From an uncultured Chitinophagaceae bacterium (GTDB taxonomy: Bacteria; Bacteroidota; Bacteroidia; Chitinophagales; Chitinophagaceae), in assembly GCA_964478125.1 (NCBI GenBank), contig CAYZGR010000005.1, positions 22,573 through 86,572 on the forward strand: a stretch of 64,000 nt of DNA. The letters are read 5' to 3'. This document shows, piece after piece, positions 46,885 through 57,192 of this stretch (positions are counted from its first letter, which is position 1; each line of letters starts with the position of its first letter). Below the pieces are notes generated by a model. The model ran no database searches. It was not told the origin of the DNA and saw nothing but the letters and a program-made list of their open reading frames with translations. A program made the position numbers and the translations under genes.

Positions 46885-48039
46885 ATGACAAAAAGAGATT
46901 ATTACGAAGTTTTGGGCATCTCTAAAGGAGCCAACCAAACGGAAATTAAAAAAGCTTACCGTAAGGTGGCCATGAAGTATCACCCTGACCGTAACCCGGG
47001 GGATAAAGAGGCAGAAGAAAAATTCAAGGAAGCAGCCGAAGCTTATGAAGTGTTGAGTAATCCTGATAAACGCAGTCAGTATGATCGTTTTGGTCATGCA
47101 GGGATGAGCGGTGCAGGTGGTTTTGGAGATGGCGGAATGCGTATGGAAGACATCTTCTCCAATTTTGGAGATATTTTTGGAGATGACATCTTTAGCAGCT
47201 TTTTTGGAGGAGGCCGCTCTGCCGGGGGACAACGTTCGGCGAGAGGGATGAGAGGGTCCAATCTTCGCATAAGATTGAAATTGAATTACCAGGAAATTGC
47301 GAAAGGCGTAACCAAAAAGATCAAAGTAAAAAAGTATTCCCACTGTTCCCAATGTGGTGGAAATGGAGCAAAAGATCGCTCTTCTTTCCAGACTTGCGGC
47401 ACTTGTGGCGGGACGGGACAGGTACGCAAGGTGTCTCAAACCTTTTTAGGGCAGATGCAGACCGTAGTCACCTGTTCTGCCTGTAATGGGCAGGGAACGA
47501 TCATTACTGCCAAGTGTGGCAATTGCCATGGATCCGGAAGGACTTACGGCGAAGAGACCGTTTCTATAGATATTCCTGCCGGAGTAGAAGAGGGCATGCA
47601 ATTGAGCCTCAGCGGCAAGGGGAATGCCGGAGAAAGAGGCGGGATGAATGGAGACCTGATCGTTTTGATAGAGGAAGATCCGCATCCTCTTCTTCAAAGG
47701 GAGGGCATGAACGTGGCTTATGATCTCCATATCTCCATCCCCGACGCCATTTTTGGCAATAAAATAGAAGTCCCTACTATTGAAGGGCATGCTAAAATTA
47801 ATGTACCTGCAGGTACCCAGAGTGGAAAGATCTTTCGTCTGAAAGGGAAAGGTTTTCCGGCGGTTCAAAGTTATGAGAAGGGAGATGAATTGATCCGGGT
47901 GAACGTGTGGACTCCCCAAAACCTGGATGCGGAAGAGAAAGAAGCCATTGAGAAGTTGAGGACCTCTGAAAACTTTAAGCCCAGGCCGGGAAAATCTGAA
48001 AAGAATTTTTTTGATAAAATAAAGGATGTTTTCAGCTAA
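46885..48039 (+). CDS. dnaJ: Molecular chaperone DnaJ
   Basis: It has a J domain (YHPDRNPGD), a G/F-rich region and four CxxCxGxG zinc motifs. Confidence 0.97.
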   Translation: MTKRDYYEVLGISKGANQTEIKKAYRKVAMKYHPDRNPGDKEAEEKFKEAAEAYEVLSNPDKRSQYDRFGHAGMSGAGGFGDGGMRMEDIFSNFGDIFGDDIFSSFFGGGRSAGGQRSARGMRGSNLRIRLKLNYQEIAKGVTKKIKVKKYSHCSQCGGNGAKDRSSFQTCGTCGGTGQVRKVSQTFLGQMQTVVTCSACNGQGTIITAKCGNCHGSGRTYGEETVSIDIPAGVEEGMQLSLSGKGNAGERGGMNGDLIVLIEEDPHPLLQREGMNVAYDLHISIPDAIFGNKIEVPTIEGHAKINVPAGTQSGKIFRLKGKGFPAVQSYEKGDELIRVNVWTPQNLDAEEKEAIEKLRTSENFKPRPGKSEKNFFDKIKDVFS

Positions 48040-48083
48040 AGGTTGTTGCGGACGTCCTGTTATATGATTTGATGGGATAAGCC

Positions 48084-49841
48084 TTATCTCTTGTGTTGTT
48101 TTTTTGCCTGCCGGAGCATTTTTAGGTAGTCTTCATAGACGGCGGGAATTATACTTTCTTTAGCCCTTCTCGCGATTTTTTTTGATAAGGCAAAGTTTCC
48201 TTGACCGACATACTTGGACTGCTGGAGGAGCATACCAAAAAGTGCCACCGAAGCCCCAAATCGCCAGTCGGCATTTTTATTTTTAAAGGCCGAGACTTTT
48301 TTTCGAACCGGGTATATCTGGATATATTTATTTTGATCTTTAAGTCCTTTGTACTGTAAGATGAATGTACAAAGCAGACTGTCTTGTAAGGCCTGATCAT
48401 TCCGGGGGATGAGTTCATAATAGGCGGTCATGCGTTCCGATGCATGCACTTCTTTTCCGGGAATCAAAAAATGATCAGTGAAATAAGATAAGGTTTTATT
48501 TCCGCCCGAATCATAACCGATGAGCCGGAAGGCTTTTATGCGGTTGGGATTAAAAATTGTTTTGAGGATGGCATCTCTTGCAGTAATGAACTTCTTCTGA
48601 TCATAATTCTTTCCAAATAGGCGAAATGCAGCTTCCTTGTTATCCAGGTAGGCAAAGGTTCCTTGTCCCCAGTGTGCCAGTGTCTCAAGTTTTGAATCTT
48701 TATAATTGCCGCTTCCAACCCCTATACAGGTGATACTTATACCCCATTTCCGGTAGCGGGTGATCATGGACTCCATTTCCCTGTCGCTTGTTTTCCCGAC
48801 ATTGAAATCACCATCGGTGGCCAGGATAACCCGGTTGTTTCCATTGGGAATATAATGTTCTTTAGCAATCTTAAAAGCTTTTTCAATGCCCCGGCTGCCT
48901 GCAGTAGTGCCGCCCGCCTGTAAGTGATTAATGACTTCCCGTATCTTTTGCTTTTCTGTCCCCGGCGTTGGAGAAAGTACCAGACGGGCCTTTTCGGTAT
49001 AAGCTACAATGGCCAATGTGTCTTTACGGGTGAGTTGTTCCACCAATTGATTAAAAGCTATTTTTAACAACGGAAGTCTGTCGGGTTGGCTCATGGATCC
49101 TGAAATATCAATAAGCAACACCATATTTCCCGGGCGAGATAACGAATCCGGTTTTTTTTCAGATTGTACGGCTACCCGCATGAGCCAATGACCCGGATGC
49201 CACGGACAGGTAGCAAGATCGGCATAGGCATCAAGGGGACGACCGGGATAGATCGCCGGTAGGGAATCATGAAAAGAGAAGTGGTTTAATAGCTCGCCTA
49301 TACGAACACTTGATGGAGGGACCTTTTTATTTTGATTCATGAACCTCCGGAGGTTGTTGTAAGAGGCCTGACTGCTGTTTAAGGTAAAAGCGGAATAAGG
49401 GATTTTCAAGGTTTCAATGAATCGATGTTCTTCTTTCTTTTTATAGGTTTCCTCTTTGTATGCTTTAATGGCATTTGAGAAGAAAGATGAGGTGAGGTTT
49501 CTGCTTTGGTACGAGTTGGAAACGGTGTCAGGAGCGGAACCTTGGTCAGGCTGCAGAAAAAGGGTGAGGAATTCCTGCCGGGAGGGAATGTGCAAATGAA
49601 GACTTTTGTATAAGGGATGTATAATCTGTAGTACTGTATCCTCCGGTCTGGTTTTAATGAGAAATTGACCGTCTGAATGGCTTGATGTGGAATCTGAGGA
49701 AGTGCGAAGCAGCACATCAGAGATTGCAGTAGCCGTATTTTTGTTGAGGATGATCCCTTTTAGCAGTTGTGCCTGCCCTGTAGCGCTGAAGCTCGAAAAA
49801 AGCAACAGAAGAATAAGTTGATATAGAAGTGGCGACTTCAA
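48084..49841 (-). CDS. von Willebrand factor type A domain protein (YfbK-like) with an N-terminal CarboxypepD_reg-like domain
   Basis: 585 aa with the MIDAS motif DISGSM. The only available start is TTG 49841. Confidence 0.8.
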   Translation of the reverse strand: MKSPLLYQLILLLLFSSFSATGQAQLLKGIILNKNTATAISDVLLRTSSDSTSSHSDGQFLIKTRPEDTVLQIIHPLYKSLHLHIPSRQEFLTLFLQPDQGSAPDTVSNSYQSRNLTSSFFSNAIKAYKEETYKKKEEHRFIETLKIPYSAFTLNSSQASYNNLRRFMNQNKKVPPSSVRIGELLNHFSFHDSLPAIYPGRPLDAYADLATCPWHPGHWLMRVAVQSEKKPDSLSRPGNMVLLIDISGSMSQPDRLPLLKIAFNQLVEQLTRKDTLAIVAYTEKARLVLSPTPGTEKQKIREVINHLQAGGTTAGSRGIEKAFKIAKEHYIPNGNNRVILATDGDFNVGKTSDREMESMITRYRKWGISITCIGVGSGNYKDSKLETLAHWGQGTFAYLDNKEAAFRLFGKNYDQKKFITARDAILKTIFNPNRIKAFRLIGYDSGGNKTLSYFTDHFLIPGKEVHASERMTAYYELIPRNDQALQDSLLCTFILQYKGLKDQNKYIQIYPVRKKVSAFKNKNADWRFGASVALFGMLLQQSKYVGQGNFALSKKIARRAKESIIPAVYEDYLKMLRQAKKQHKR

Positions 49842-50026
49842 GGGATACTTTAATTAATCTAAAAAAATAAAAATACGTATTTAGGCAAGTAAAATGAAAT
49901 ATTGATAGCTTTTTTGAACCGGAGGAGATGGGTTATTCAGCAGTAAAAGATAAGACTGCGGAAGAACGCTGAGTAGGGAATGACCGGAGGAATACGTGTA
50001 AAATGTTGAATATCAAGGAAAAGCTG

Positions 50027-50098
50027 TACCGCGTACGGGAGTCGAACCCGTCCTTCCTCCGTGAAAGAGAGGCGTCTTAGCCGATTGACCAACGCGGC
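50027..50098 (-). tRNA. tRNA-Glu (anticodon UUC)
   Basis: I folded the cloverleaf by hand. The acceptor stem is GCCGCGT/ACGCGGT, the anticodon loop is CTTTCAC, and the T arm is ACGGG-TTCGACT-CCCGT. The sequence is close to the canonical bacterial tRNA-Glu, and no CCA is encoded. Confidence 0.9.
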
Positions 50099-50187
50099 AG
50101 ACCTTATTTTGAGGGTGCAAATTTAAGCACTAACTCTTTACCCGCAAAAAAAAGTTTAAAAGAAAGGGAATTTCCGTGGTGAAGTAT

Positions 50188-50195
50188 TAAATTTG
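50188..50195 (+). promoter_or_regulatory. Candidate -7 promoter box (TAnnTTTG) for gap-pgk
   Basis: TAAATTTG lies 35 nt upstream of the ATG at 50231. Confidence 0.4.
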
Positions 50196-50230
50196 CAACT
50201 TTAGTACAATTAAAATGTTCATTTAATACT

Positions 50231-51241
50231 ATGGGAGATTTAAATATAGCCATTAATGGCTTTGGCCGTATAGGAAGGCTTTCCTTCCGGGCCCTGCAAG
50301 AAAAAGAAGGTGTACGGGTTGTTGCAATTAACGATTTAACGGATACAACCACCTTAGCTCATTTATTGAAGCATGATTCCGCACATGGAAAATTTGACGC
50401 CGAGGTTTCTCATGATGAAAATAATATAATCGTAAACGGTCATTCAATTAGAATATTAAAAGAAAAGGATCCTGCACAGCTTCCCTGGGAAGAGTTGAAA
50501 GTAGATGTGGTTTTAGAGTCTACCGGATTATTCAGAGATAAAGAAAAAGCCGGTCTTCATCTGAAAGCCGGAGCCAAAAAAGTGATCATTTCTGCTCCCG
50601 GAAAAGGAGTAAAAACGGTTGTTCTGGGAGTGAATGAGGAGGATCTAAAACCGGAAGATACTATTGTATCCAATGCCTCCTGTACCACAAATTGCCTGGC
50701 TCCAATGGTGAAAGTTTTGGATGATGCCTTTGGCATTGAGAGCGGATTGATGGCTACCATCCATGCCTATACTGCGGATCAGCGGTTGCAGGATGCTCCC
50801 CATAAGGATTTGCGACGCGCCAGAGCTGCCGCAGTGAATATTATCCCTACTACCACCGGCGCTGCAGAGGCCGTTACACAGGTCATGCCTCATTTGAAAG
50901 GGAAGTTGACGGGAATTGCCTACAGAGTTCCCGTAATCACCGGTTCTATCACCGATTTTACCATTAAAGTAAAAAGAGGCGTTACGGTAGAAGAAGTAAA
51001 TGCAGCTCTTAAAAAGGCAGCGGAGGGTTCCATGAAGCATGTTTTACAGTATTCTGAGGAGCCGCTCGTTTCTACGGATATTGTTTCCAATCCGCATTCC
51101 TGTATTTTTGATGCCGGAATGACTACCATCAACGATGAGGATAACACGCTGGTAAAAGTAGTAGGATGGTATGATAATGAAAGTGGTTATTCCAATAGAA
51201 TCGCCGATCTGTTAGAAAAGATCGGGAAAATTTCTCATTAA
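50231..51241 (+). CDS. gap: Type I glyceraldehyde-3-phosphate dehydrogenase
   Basis: It has NGFGRIGR and the active site [12 protein letters not shown]. Confidence 0.95.
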   Translation: MGDLNIAINGFGRIGRLSFRALQEKEGVRVVAINDLTDTTTLAHLLKHDSAHGKFDAEVSHDENNIIVNGHSIRILKEKDPAQLPWEELKVDVVLESTGLFRDKEKAGLHLKAGAKKVIISAPGKGVKTVVLGVNEEDLKPEDTIVSNASCTTNCLAPMVKVLDDAFGIESGLMATIHAYTADQRLQDAPHKDLRRARAAAVNIIPTTTGAAEAVTQVMPHLKGKLTGIAYRVPVITGSITDFTIKVKRGVTVEEVNAALKKAAEGSMKHVLQYSEEPLVSTDIVSNPHSCIFDAGMTTINDEDNTLVKVVGWYDNESGYSNRIADLLEKIGKISH

Positions 51242-51257
51242 CCCCTCATATCTGTTT

Positions 51258-52460
51258 ATGGCTGAAATACATTCTTTCTCCTTTGCAGGGAAAAAGGCGT
51301 TGATACGCGTAGACTTTAATGTTCCTCTTGATGACGAGCTGAATATTACCGATGATACCCGTATCCGGGCAGCGCTTCCGACGATCAGGCTCATTTTGTC
51401 TGAAAATGGATCGGTTATTTTGATGTCTCATCTGGGACGGCCCAAATCCGGACCGGAGGACCGTTTTTCTTTAAAACATGTGGTCCCTCATTTATCGGAA
51501 TTGCTTGGCCTGCAGGTGAAGTTCTGTCCGGATTGCATAGGCCCAAAAGCTGAAAAGGCAGTTGCCGAGCTACAATCCGGCGAGGTACTTTTACTAGAGA
51601 ATTTGCGTTTTCATCCCGAAGAAAAGAAAGGGGATACGCATTTTGCCAAAGCCCTCTCCAGGCTTGGAGACGTATATATAAATGATGCCTTTGGCACCGC
51701 CCATCGCGCCCATGCTTCTACAGCTGTAGTTGCGCAGTATTTTGAGCCATCACAAAAGATGTTTGGTTTATTGATGGAGAAAGAGATTAAAAATGCCGGT
51801 AAAGTATTAAATCATTCTGAAAAGCCGTTTACCGCTATCCTGGGGGGGGCCAAGGTATCGGATAAGATCCTGATCATTGAGAATCTTTTGGATAAGGTGC
51901 AAAACATGATCATTGGAGGAGGGATGGCTTATACCTTTTTGAAAGCAAAGGGTAAAGAAATAGGAAGCTCACTTTGCGAAGATGATAAGCTGGATCTGGC
52001 CCGGAACCTTCTTAAAAAGGCCGGGGAGAAGAATGTGAACCTTTTATTGCCGGTTGATTCGGTTATTGCGGATGCCTTCTCAGCAGATGCCAATACCCGG
52101 CAGGTAAGTAATGATGAGATCCCTGCCGAAGGAGGCTGGATGGGATTGGATATTGGCGATAAATCTGTGGAACTCTTTAAAAGCGTGATTGAAGATTCCA
52201 AGACCATCTTATGGAACGGCCCTATGGGAGTATTTGAAATAAAGACTTTTCAGGAAGGGACAATAGCCGTTGCCCGGTCGGTAGCCGTGGCTACGGACTC
52301 GGGGGCCTTTTCGCTCATCGGAGGAGGAGACTCCGTTGCGGCGGTTAACCGGTTCAATCTGGCCGATCGCATCAGTTATGTTTCTACCGGAGGGGGGGCT
52401 TTACTGGAATATTTTGAGGGAAAGAAGCTACCGGGAATTGCAGCCATAAAGGAAGGATGA
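51258..52460 (+). CDS. pgk: Phosphoglycerate kinase
   Basis: 400 aa with the blocks [15 protein letters not shown] and STGGGA. Confidence 0.95.
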   Translation: MAEIHSFSFAGKKALIRVDFNVPLDDELNITDDTRIRAALPTIRLILSENGSVILMSHLGRPKSGPEDRFSLKHVVPHLSELLGLQVKFCPDCIGPKAEKAVAELQSGEVLLLENLRFHPEEKKGDTHFAKALSRLGDVYINDAFGTAHRAHASTAVVAQYFEPSQKMFGLLMEKEIKNAGKVLNHSEKPFTAILGGAKVSDKILIIENLLDKVQNMIIGGGMAYTFLKAKGKEIGSSLCEDDKLDLARNLLKKAGEKNVNLLLPVDSVIADAFSADANTRQVSNDEIPAEGGWMGLDIGDKSVELFKSVIEDSKTILWNGPMGVFEIKTFQEGTIAVARSVAVATDSGAFSLIGGGDSVAAVNRFNLADRISYVSTGGGALLEYFEGKKLPGIAAIKEG

Positions 52461-52505
52461 TGCTTTTTGCTCTTCCTTTATAATTATAGTAAGGCATATG
52501 GATAT

Positions 52506-52542
52506 AAAAAAGCACCCCACTTAATAAAGGGGGTGCTTTTTT
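52506..52542. terminator. Bidirectional rho-independent terminator between convergent pgk and a transglycosylase gene
   Basis: AAAAAGCACCCC / GGGGTGCTTTTTT form the stem across a 10-nt loop. Confidence 0.8.
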
Positions 52543-52577
52543 ATAGAATAGGAAAGATTTGCATCTATCCTGAGCCC

Positions 52578-53750
52578 TTATTCCTGATTCAAATTTTCTT
52601 TTTGATTATTATTCTGGGCCATAAGTGATATGGATTCATTCAATATCTTGTTTTGATTGGCCTTGAATAAGATCATTTTGTCTGCAGGAAGGAATAAATT
52701 GTGTGTTTTACTGAAATCGTTGGATAATTTGTCGATCAGCCCCGGATTAAGTTGCTCCAGCTGCATCAGATCCATGGAAATATATTTTGCGACAACTGCC
52801 AGGCTGTATTTTCCGGAAATAGAGATATTGGCCAGGGGTTGGTCAATAGGAGCGAAATTATGATTTTCGATTAATCCCAGCTGTATATCATTTTTGTCTA
52901 CGCCAAAGAAATTGGCAAAGCGATCCATAATATAGGATGTCGCCAGGAATTTCATCACATGCTTTTGAGATTCATGTGGAAGGTAGCTTTTCAGATCCCA
53001 GAAGTTATTGCTGCCACTTGAAGTAATGGCTTGCTGTACTTTACCCGGACCGCAATTATAAGCTGCTATCACAAGCATCCAATTGCCGAACATGGCATGC
53101 AGCTCTGAGAGGTATTTAGCTGCGGCTACTGTCGATTTATACAGATCTTTCCGATCATCCTGATGTGAATTTACTTTCAAACCAAGCAATCTGGCTGTGG
53201 AAGCCATGAATTGCCATGTTCCTACGGCACCTACCCGGGAACGTGCATGGCTATTGAGTCCTGATTCGATTACCGCCAGGTATTTGAGATTTTCGGGGAG
53301 TCCGAATTGATCAAATACCTTTGCCATTACAGAGAAATAAGGCGAAGATTTAGCCTGGATGTGGTGTAAATGCTTGTTATTGGCCAGATAATAGTTCCGG
53401 ATGAAGGTTTCTACCTGTGCTTTTATTTCTCCTGATAGTTTCTGTGATCCCAAACCTGATAATAAGGGAGACTGCAGACGTGAATAATGGGGTACAGAAG
53501 CATATTTGTTAGCATGATATGCAACCGGAACAGCAACGGGAGATAATTCTATAACGGTACTGTCTTTATTATTGGCGCTGAAATGAGAAGAATCTTTTCG
53601 GCCCATCTGTGTGGCCTGCATTTTTTTCATCTTTGGACCTTGAGCCCGGCTTTGCTGAACTTGTCCTAAAAGAGAGCCCAGCACAGTTAGAGCAACGAGG
53701 GTTCTTTGCATGCGTCTTTTGTTTAATTCAGAATTAGAAGGACATACCAT
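52578..53750 (-). CDS. Lytic transglycosylase (SLT domain, MltD-like)
   Basis: The catalytic block is AVIESGLNSHARSRVGAVGTWQFM. An alternative start is ATG 53711. Confidence 0.8.
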   Translation of the reverse strand: MVCPSNSELNKRRMQRTLVALTVLGSLLGQVQQSRAQGPKMKKMQATQMGRKDSSHFSANNKDSTVIELSPVAVPVAYHANKYASVPHYSRLQSPLLSGLGSQKLSGEIKAQVETFIRNYYLANNKHLHHIQAKSSPYFSVMAKVFDQFGLPENLKYLAVIESGLNSHARSRVGAVGTWQFMASTARLLGLKVNSHQDDRKDLYKSTVAAAKYLSELHAMFGNWMLVIAAYNCGPGKVQQAITSSGSNNFWDLKSYLPHESQKHVMKFLATSYIMDRFANFFGVDKNDIQLGLIENHNFAPIDQPLANISISGKYSLAVVAKYISMDLMQLEQLNPGLIDKLSNDFSKTHNLFLPADKMILFKANQNKILNESISLMAQNNNQKENLNQE

Positions 53751-53904
53751 TCCTTCTCGTTAGTTAACACCTGTTTTCAAATATTTTGCAAAGGTATTAT
53801 AAATTTTAAGAATACTTCTTAAAAAGACCCTAAAATACGTCAGGATTTTGTTAAATAACGTTCATCAAAGACTTTTATGATAGAAAAAATGCTTTTTCTG
53901 TTAT

Positions 53905-54168
53905 TTATGCGCTCTCTTTTTGTGAGATGTGTTGAGGAGAAGCGGCAGTTCCCTGGTTTTGTCTGGATTCTTTCATTCCTTCTTCTATTTCTTTCTTTAC
54001 GTTGGTCTTGGCATCATTAAATTCTCTGATGCCGCGTCCCATTCCCCGCATTAACTCGGGAATCTTTTTACCTCCGAATAGAAGTACAACAACTGCAATT
54101 ATAACTATCCACTCAAATCCTCCCGGCAATTCGAATAGGAAAACCGGACTTAAAAATGCTGATGCCAT
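53905..54168 (-). CDS. tatA: Twin-arginine translocase TatA/TatE family subunit
   Basis: 87 aa with an N-terminal TM helix followed by [20 protein letters not shown]. Confidence 0.9.
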   Translation of the reverse strand: MASAFLSPVFLFELPGGFEWIVIIAVVVLLFGGKKIPELMRGMGRGIREFNDAKTNVKKEIEEGMKESRQNQGTAASPQHISQKESA

Positions 54169-54273
54169 GATTCAATTAGTTTTAAAATGATAACTTATCT
54201 CAAACAAAGATACGTAGAAATTGGAAAAACAATAGGGATTTAGAAAATTTATTTGGTATTTAAAAAGTTTTAA

Positions 54274-54308
54274 CAAAAAACGGAAACCGGAGCGATCCGG
54301 TTTCCGTT
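54274..54308 (-). terminator. Rho-independent terminator after rplS
   Basis: AACGGAAACCGG / CCGGTTTCCGTT form a 12-bp stem. A T6 run follows on the minus strand. Confidence 0.8.
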
Positions 54309-54336
54309 TACCTGAAAAGTGTCACCTGTACTATAA

Positions 54337-54693
54337 TTAAACTCTTTTTTCTCTGATTCTTGCAGATTTTCCCGAACGTTCACGCAGGTAATATAGCTTG
54401 GCGCGACGTACTTTCCCTATTTTATTGACTTTTATGGCATCGATATGTGGCGAATACAGTGGGAATACACGTTCCACCCCTATGCCGTTTGATATTTTTC
54501 TAACGGTAAAGGTAGCGGTGCGTCCCCTGCCCTGTCGTTTGATAACGTCTCCACGGAAAGACTGGATCCTTTCTTTATTTCCTTCTACAATCTTATAATC
54601 AACGGTGACATTATCGCCTGCTTTAAAGGTGGGAATATCTTTTTGCCGCTGATTCTCATGGAATTGATCCTGAACAAATGAAATCGGGTCCAT
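54337..54693 (-). CDS. rplS: 50S ribosomal protein L19
   Basis: 118 aa containing [29 protein letters not shown]. Confidence 0.95.
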   Translation of the reverse strand: MDPISFVQDQFHENQRQKDIPTFKAGDNVTVDYKIVEGNKERIQSFRGDVIKRQGRGRTATFTVRKISNGIGVERVFPLYSPHIDAIKVNKIGKVRRAKLYYLRERSGKSARIREKRV

Positions 54694-54752
54694 TGGTATT
54701 TAAATTTTCGGCGGCAAAGTTAAGAAATAAAAACGGAACAAGAAATAAATTT

Positions 54753-55544
54753 TTAACGTGATTCCCCGGCGATGAGGACTTGTAGGCCTCTTTCCTCAAG
54801 CTGGCGGACTGTTTTAGGTGAAATTCGGCTATCGGTAACCAGGTATTGTACTTCTTCCAAATTGCATACTTTACCGAGACCGCGTCGTCCTATTTTTGTA
54901 CTGTCGGCCAGAACAACTACTTTTTGGGCACATTCGATCATCTTTTTATCAAGCGTGGCTTCCTGAAGATTGGTAATGGAAAAGCCAAATTGAAGATCGA
55001 TGCCATCTACTCCAAGAAACAGGATGCCACAGGAAATATCGGATAAGGTGCGTTCTGCATTCTCGCCTGCTACGGAAGAAGAATTAGGCCGGATCAATCC
55101 GCCCAACTGAAATACCGTTAGATTGGGACGATTAGAAAGTTCCAGTGTGACCTTTACCGCCGGTGTAATAACGGTTAGCGGGCGGGCGGGATGCAGGGCC
55201 TGCGCCATTGTAAAGGCTGTTGTACCGGAACCTATAATAATGGAGTCGTTGTCTCCAATAAGAGAAAGTGCGGCCCGGGCAATTTGAGACTTTTCGGCGG
55301 AATGTATTAACTCTTTTTCATTAATGGGCCTTTCTATAATATAGGGGTTGGTTAAGGAGGCTCCGCCTTTCGTTCTGAACAACAGGCTTTTTTCTTCTAA
55401 TAATTTGAGGTCTTTACGTATGGTTACACCGGAGACCCCGGTAAGGTGGCTTAAGTCATCTATCATCAACCGTTCATTTTCCTGAAGCTCTTTTAGGATG
55501 AGTTCGTGGCGAATGGTGCTGTTTTTTATGGGCTTTTTGGGCAT
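54753..55544 (-). CDS. DeoR/GlpR family transcriptional regulator
   Basis: An N-terminal wHTH (RHELILKELQENERLMIDDLSHLTGVSGVTIRKDL) is followed by a DeoR C-terminal sugar-phosphate sensor domain. Confidence 0.9.
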   Translation of the reverse strand: MPKKPIKNSTIRHELILKELQENERLMIDDLSHLTGVSGVTIRKDLKLLEEKSLLFRTKGGASLTNPYIIERPINEKELIHSAEKSQIARAALSLIGDNDSIIIGSGTTAFTMAQALHPARPLTVITPAVKVTLELSNRPNLTVFQLGGLIRPNSSSVAGENAERTLSDISCGILFLGVDGIDLQFGFSITNLQEATLDKKMIECAQKVVVLADSTKIGRRGLGKVCNLEEVQYLVTDSRISPKTVRQLEERGLQVLIAGESR

Positions 55545-55647
55545 AAGAGCAAAATTAATTTAAAATAGAATTAAAGATAAGATAAAAAGATGAAAGCAGA
55601 TATTCTCGTAATGTAAAAAATTCAATACCGAGTTTTTCCGCAATTAT

Positions 55648-55665
55648 TTGATTACCAGTTGATTA
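55648..55665. promoter_or_regulatory. Direct repeat TTGATTA-N4-TTGATTA in the divergent DeoR/PUL intergenic region, a candidate operator
   Basis: The two 7-mers start at 55648 and 55659, 11 bp apart. An ATCTTT repeat at 55723 and 55733 overlaps a near -7 box, TATCTTTA. Confidence 0.25.
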
Positions 55666-55779
55666 ATTAAAATAAAGAGAAAAATTTAAAATAAATTATA
55701 AAAAGTTTATGATAATTAAAAAATCTTTCATTATCTTTACACCTTATTGTTTTGTGGATTTAAAACCTTCCAATTGAAT

Positions 55780-57159
55780 ATGTATCCCAAATTATACTTT
55801 TTTTTAATCCTGTATTCCTTTTGTTTTTTTTCATGTAAGAAGGAGGGAAATAATTCTTCACAATCTGTAAAGTTAAAGAAACACGAGCTTGAACTTCATA
55901 TTGGGGGGAAAGAGCAGCTTTATGTTTTGTTGCAGGATGCGAGTGCGGAAATCCTTAATCAGTTAAATTGGAGTTCCTCAAATCCGGAAGTGGCTACGGT
56001 AACAGATAAAGGAGAGGTCAATGCTATAAAAGTTGGAGTTTCTGTAATTACCGTTAAATACAAAGCCTCTTCTGATACCTGCCGGGTAAAGGTGAGTAAT
56101 ACAGACGTTGTTCATCCGGTGGATTTATCCGTATTAGGGCAACCGCTTTCTCAGAATATGATATATAGTAAGAATGTTCCGTTAATTGCCCCATTCAGAG
56201 TAATGCAATGTTTTGGTCTGGATAATAAAGGGAATATTTATTATGCTCAGATTGGTACTGCAAGTGGATTTGCACAGGGGAAAACGAAAGCACACGAGTT
56301 ATATATTGCCAGAGGGACGCCCAATAGACCGGTAGGGAATGATTATATGACGTTAAAATATTTTGGGCATGGAGGACAGATTGATGTTGAAAATGAGGGG
56401 GAGGACGTCTATATATGGGTAAGTAGTAATGCAACAAAATATTCTTCGGGGGAATACTGGGATTCCAGATCGGTCTCTCGTATAAAGTATGAATCAGGAA
56501 AGGTATATAATAATGGATATGGGGGTGATACCTATTTTTTAAATAATGGGATATATAGAATTGAGGCAGCTGTAAGTAAGGAGAAAGATCTGATCTGTAT
56601 TAATGCATCGAAAGACGGGGTGCGGTATTTCTATACTTATAAACTAAGTGAGGTTATGGCATTGCCGCTTACGGATCATACGGTTACCGTTAAGATTGGC
56701 GGAGAGGAGTATGGAACAAGTGAGCATACCGTTACCCGTACAGAGAAAGGGCATGATTTGAGTGCCTTAACTCCTTTGGGGGCATTTCATCTCCCTAAAG
56801 GGAATAATGAAGCGACGGAGCCCAACACGTTAAACTTTCAAGGTTATGATATAGATGCGAGCGGCCACATTTATTTCTTTGAAGGTACCGGGAATGATAA
56901 TAATGTAACAACAGGCTCATCGCATGCTTACGTAACTATTTTTGATATTGATGGTCAAATGCTTAAACGGGCAGAGGTCTCTGCTATTGAGGATATTGGC
57001 AGTCTCACTAATGAAGGACTTACGAATTCCTCAGGGTATATGGAGGCAGAAGGTATTAAGGTGATAGGTAACCATATTTATTTGGGATTTGCATCACATC
57101 AGGAGTCGGAAGATTATCGAAGAGCTAATATATTGAAATATGAGAGTAAAAGAGATTAA
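55780..57159 (+). CDS. Surface lipoprotein with a BIG2 (Ig-like) domain followed by a predicted beta-propeller-like domain
   Basis: It has a lipobox (FFSC) and a BIG2 block (VATVTDKGEVNAIKVGVSVITVKY). A motif repeats as MQCFGLDNKGNIYY, FQGYDIDASGHIYFF and EAEGIKVIGNHIYLG. The ATG at 55780 is preferred over TTG 55747. Confidence 0.6.
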   Translation: MYPKLYFFLILYSFCFFSCKKEGNNSSQSVKLKKHELELHIGGKEQLYVLLQDASAEILNQLNWSSSNPEVATVTDKGEVNAIKVGVSVITVKYKASSDTCRVKVSNTDVVHPVDLSVLGQPLSQNMIYSKNVPLIAPFRVMQCFGLDNKGNIYYAQIGTASGFAQGKTKAHELYIARGTPNRPVGNDYMTLKYFGHGGQIDVENEGEDVYIWVSSNATKYSSGEYWDSRSVSRIKYESGKVYNNGYGGDTYFLNNGIYRIEAAVSKEKDLICINASKDGVRYFYTYKLSEVMALPLTDHTVTVKIGGEEYGTSEHTVTRTEKGHDLSALTPLGAFHLPKGNNEATEPNTLNFQGYDIDASGHIYFFEGTGNDNNVTTGSSHAYVTIFDIDGQMLKRAEVSAIEDIGSLTNEGLTNSSGYMEAEGIKVIGNHIYLGFASHQESEDYRRANILKYESKRD

Positions 57160-57192
57160 TGATTGAAAACTTATAAGGTAAATAAAATTTGT

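Noticed and set aside
46771-47439. A 222-aa ORF antisense to the grpE 3' end and the dnaJ 5' end.
   Set aside because: It spans an intergenic gap and lies antisense to two highly conserved chaperone genes. Its composition is low-complexity with no recognisable motifs. It is typical of a shadow ORF.
49842-50230. A possible integrated element or sRNA around the tRNA-Glu.
   Set aside because: There is no integrase or recombinase ORF, no repeat of the tRNA 3' end, and no obvious structure apart from the tRNA itself.
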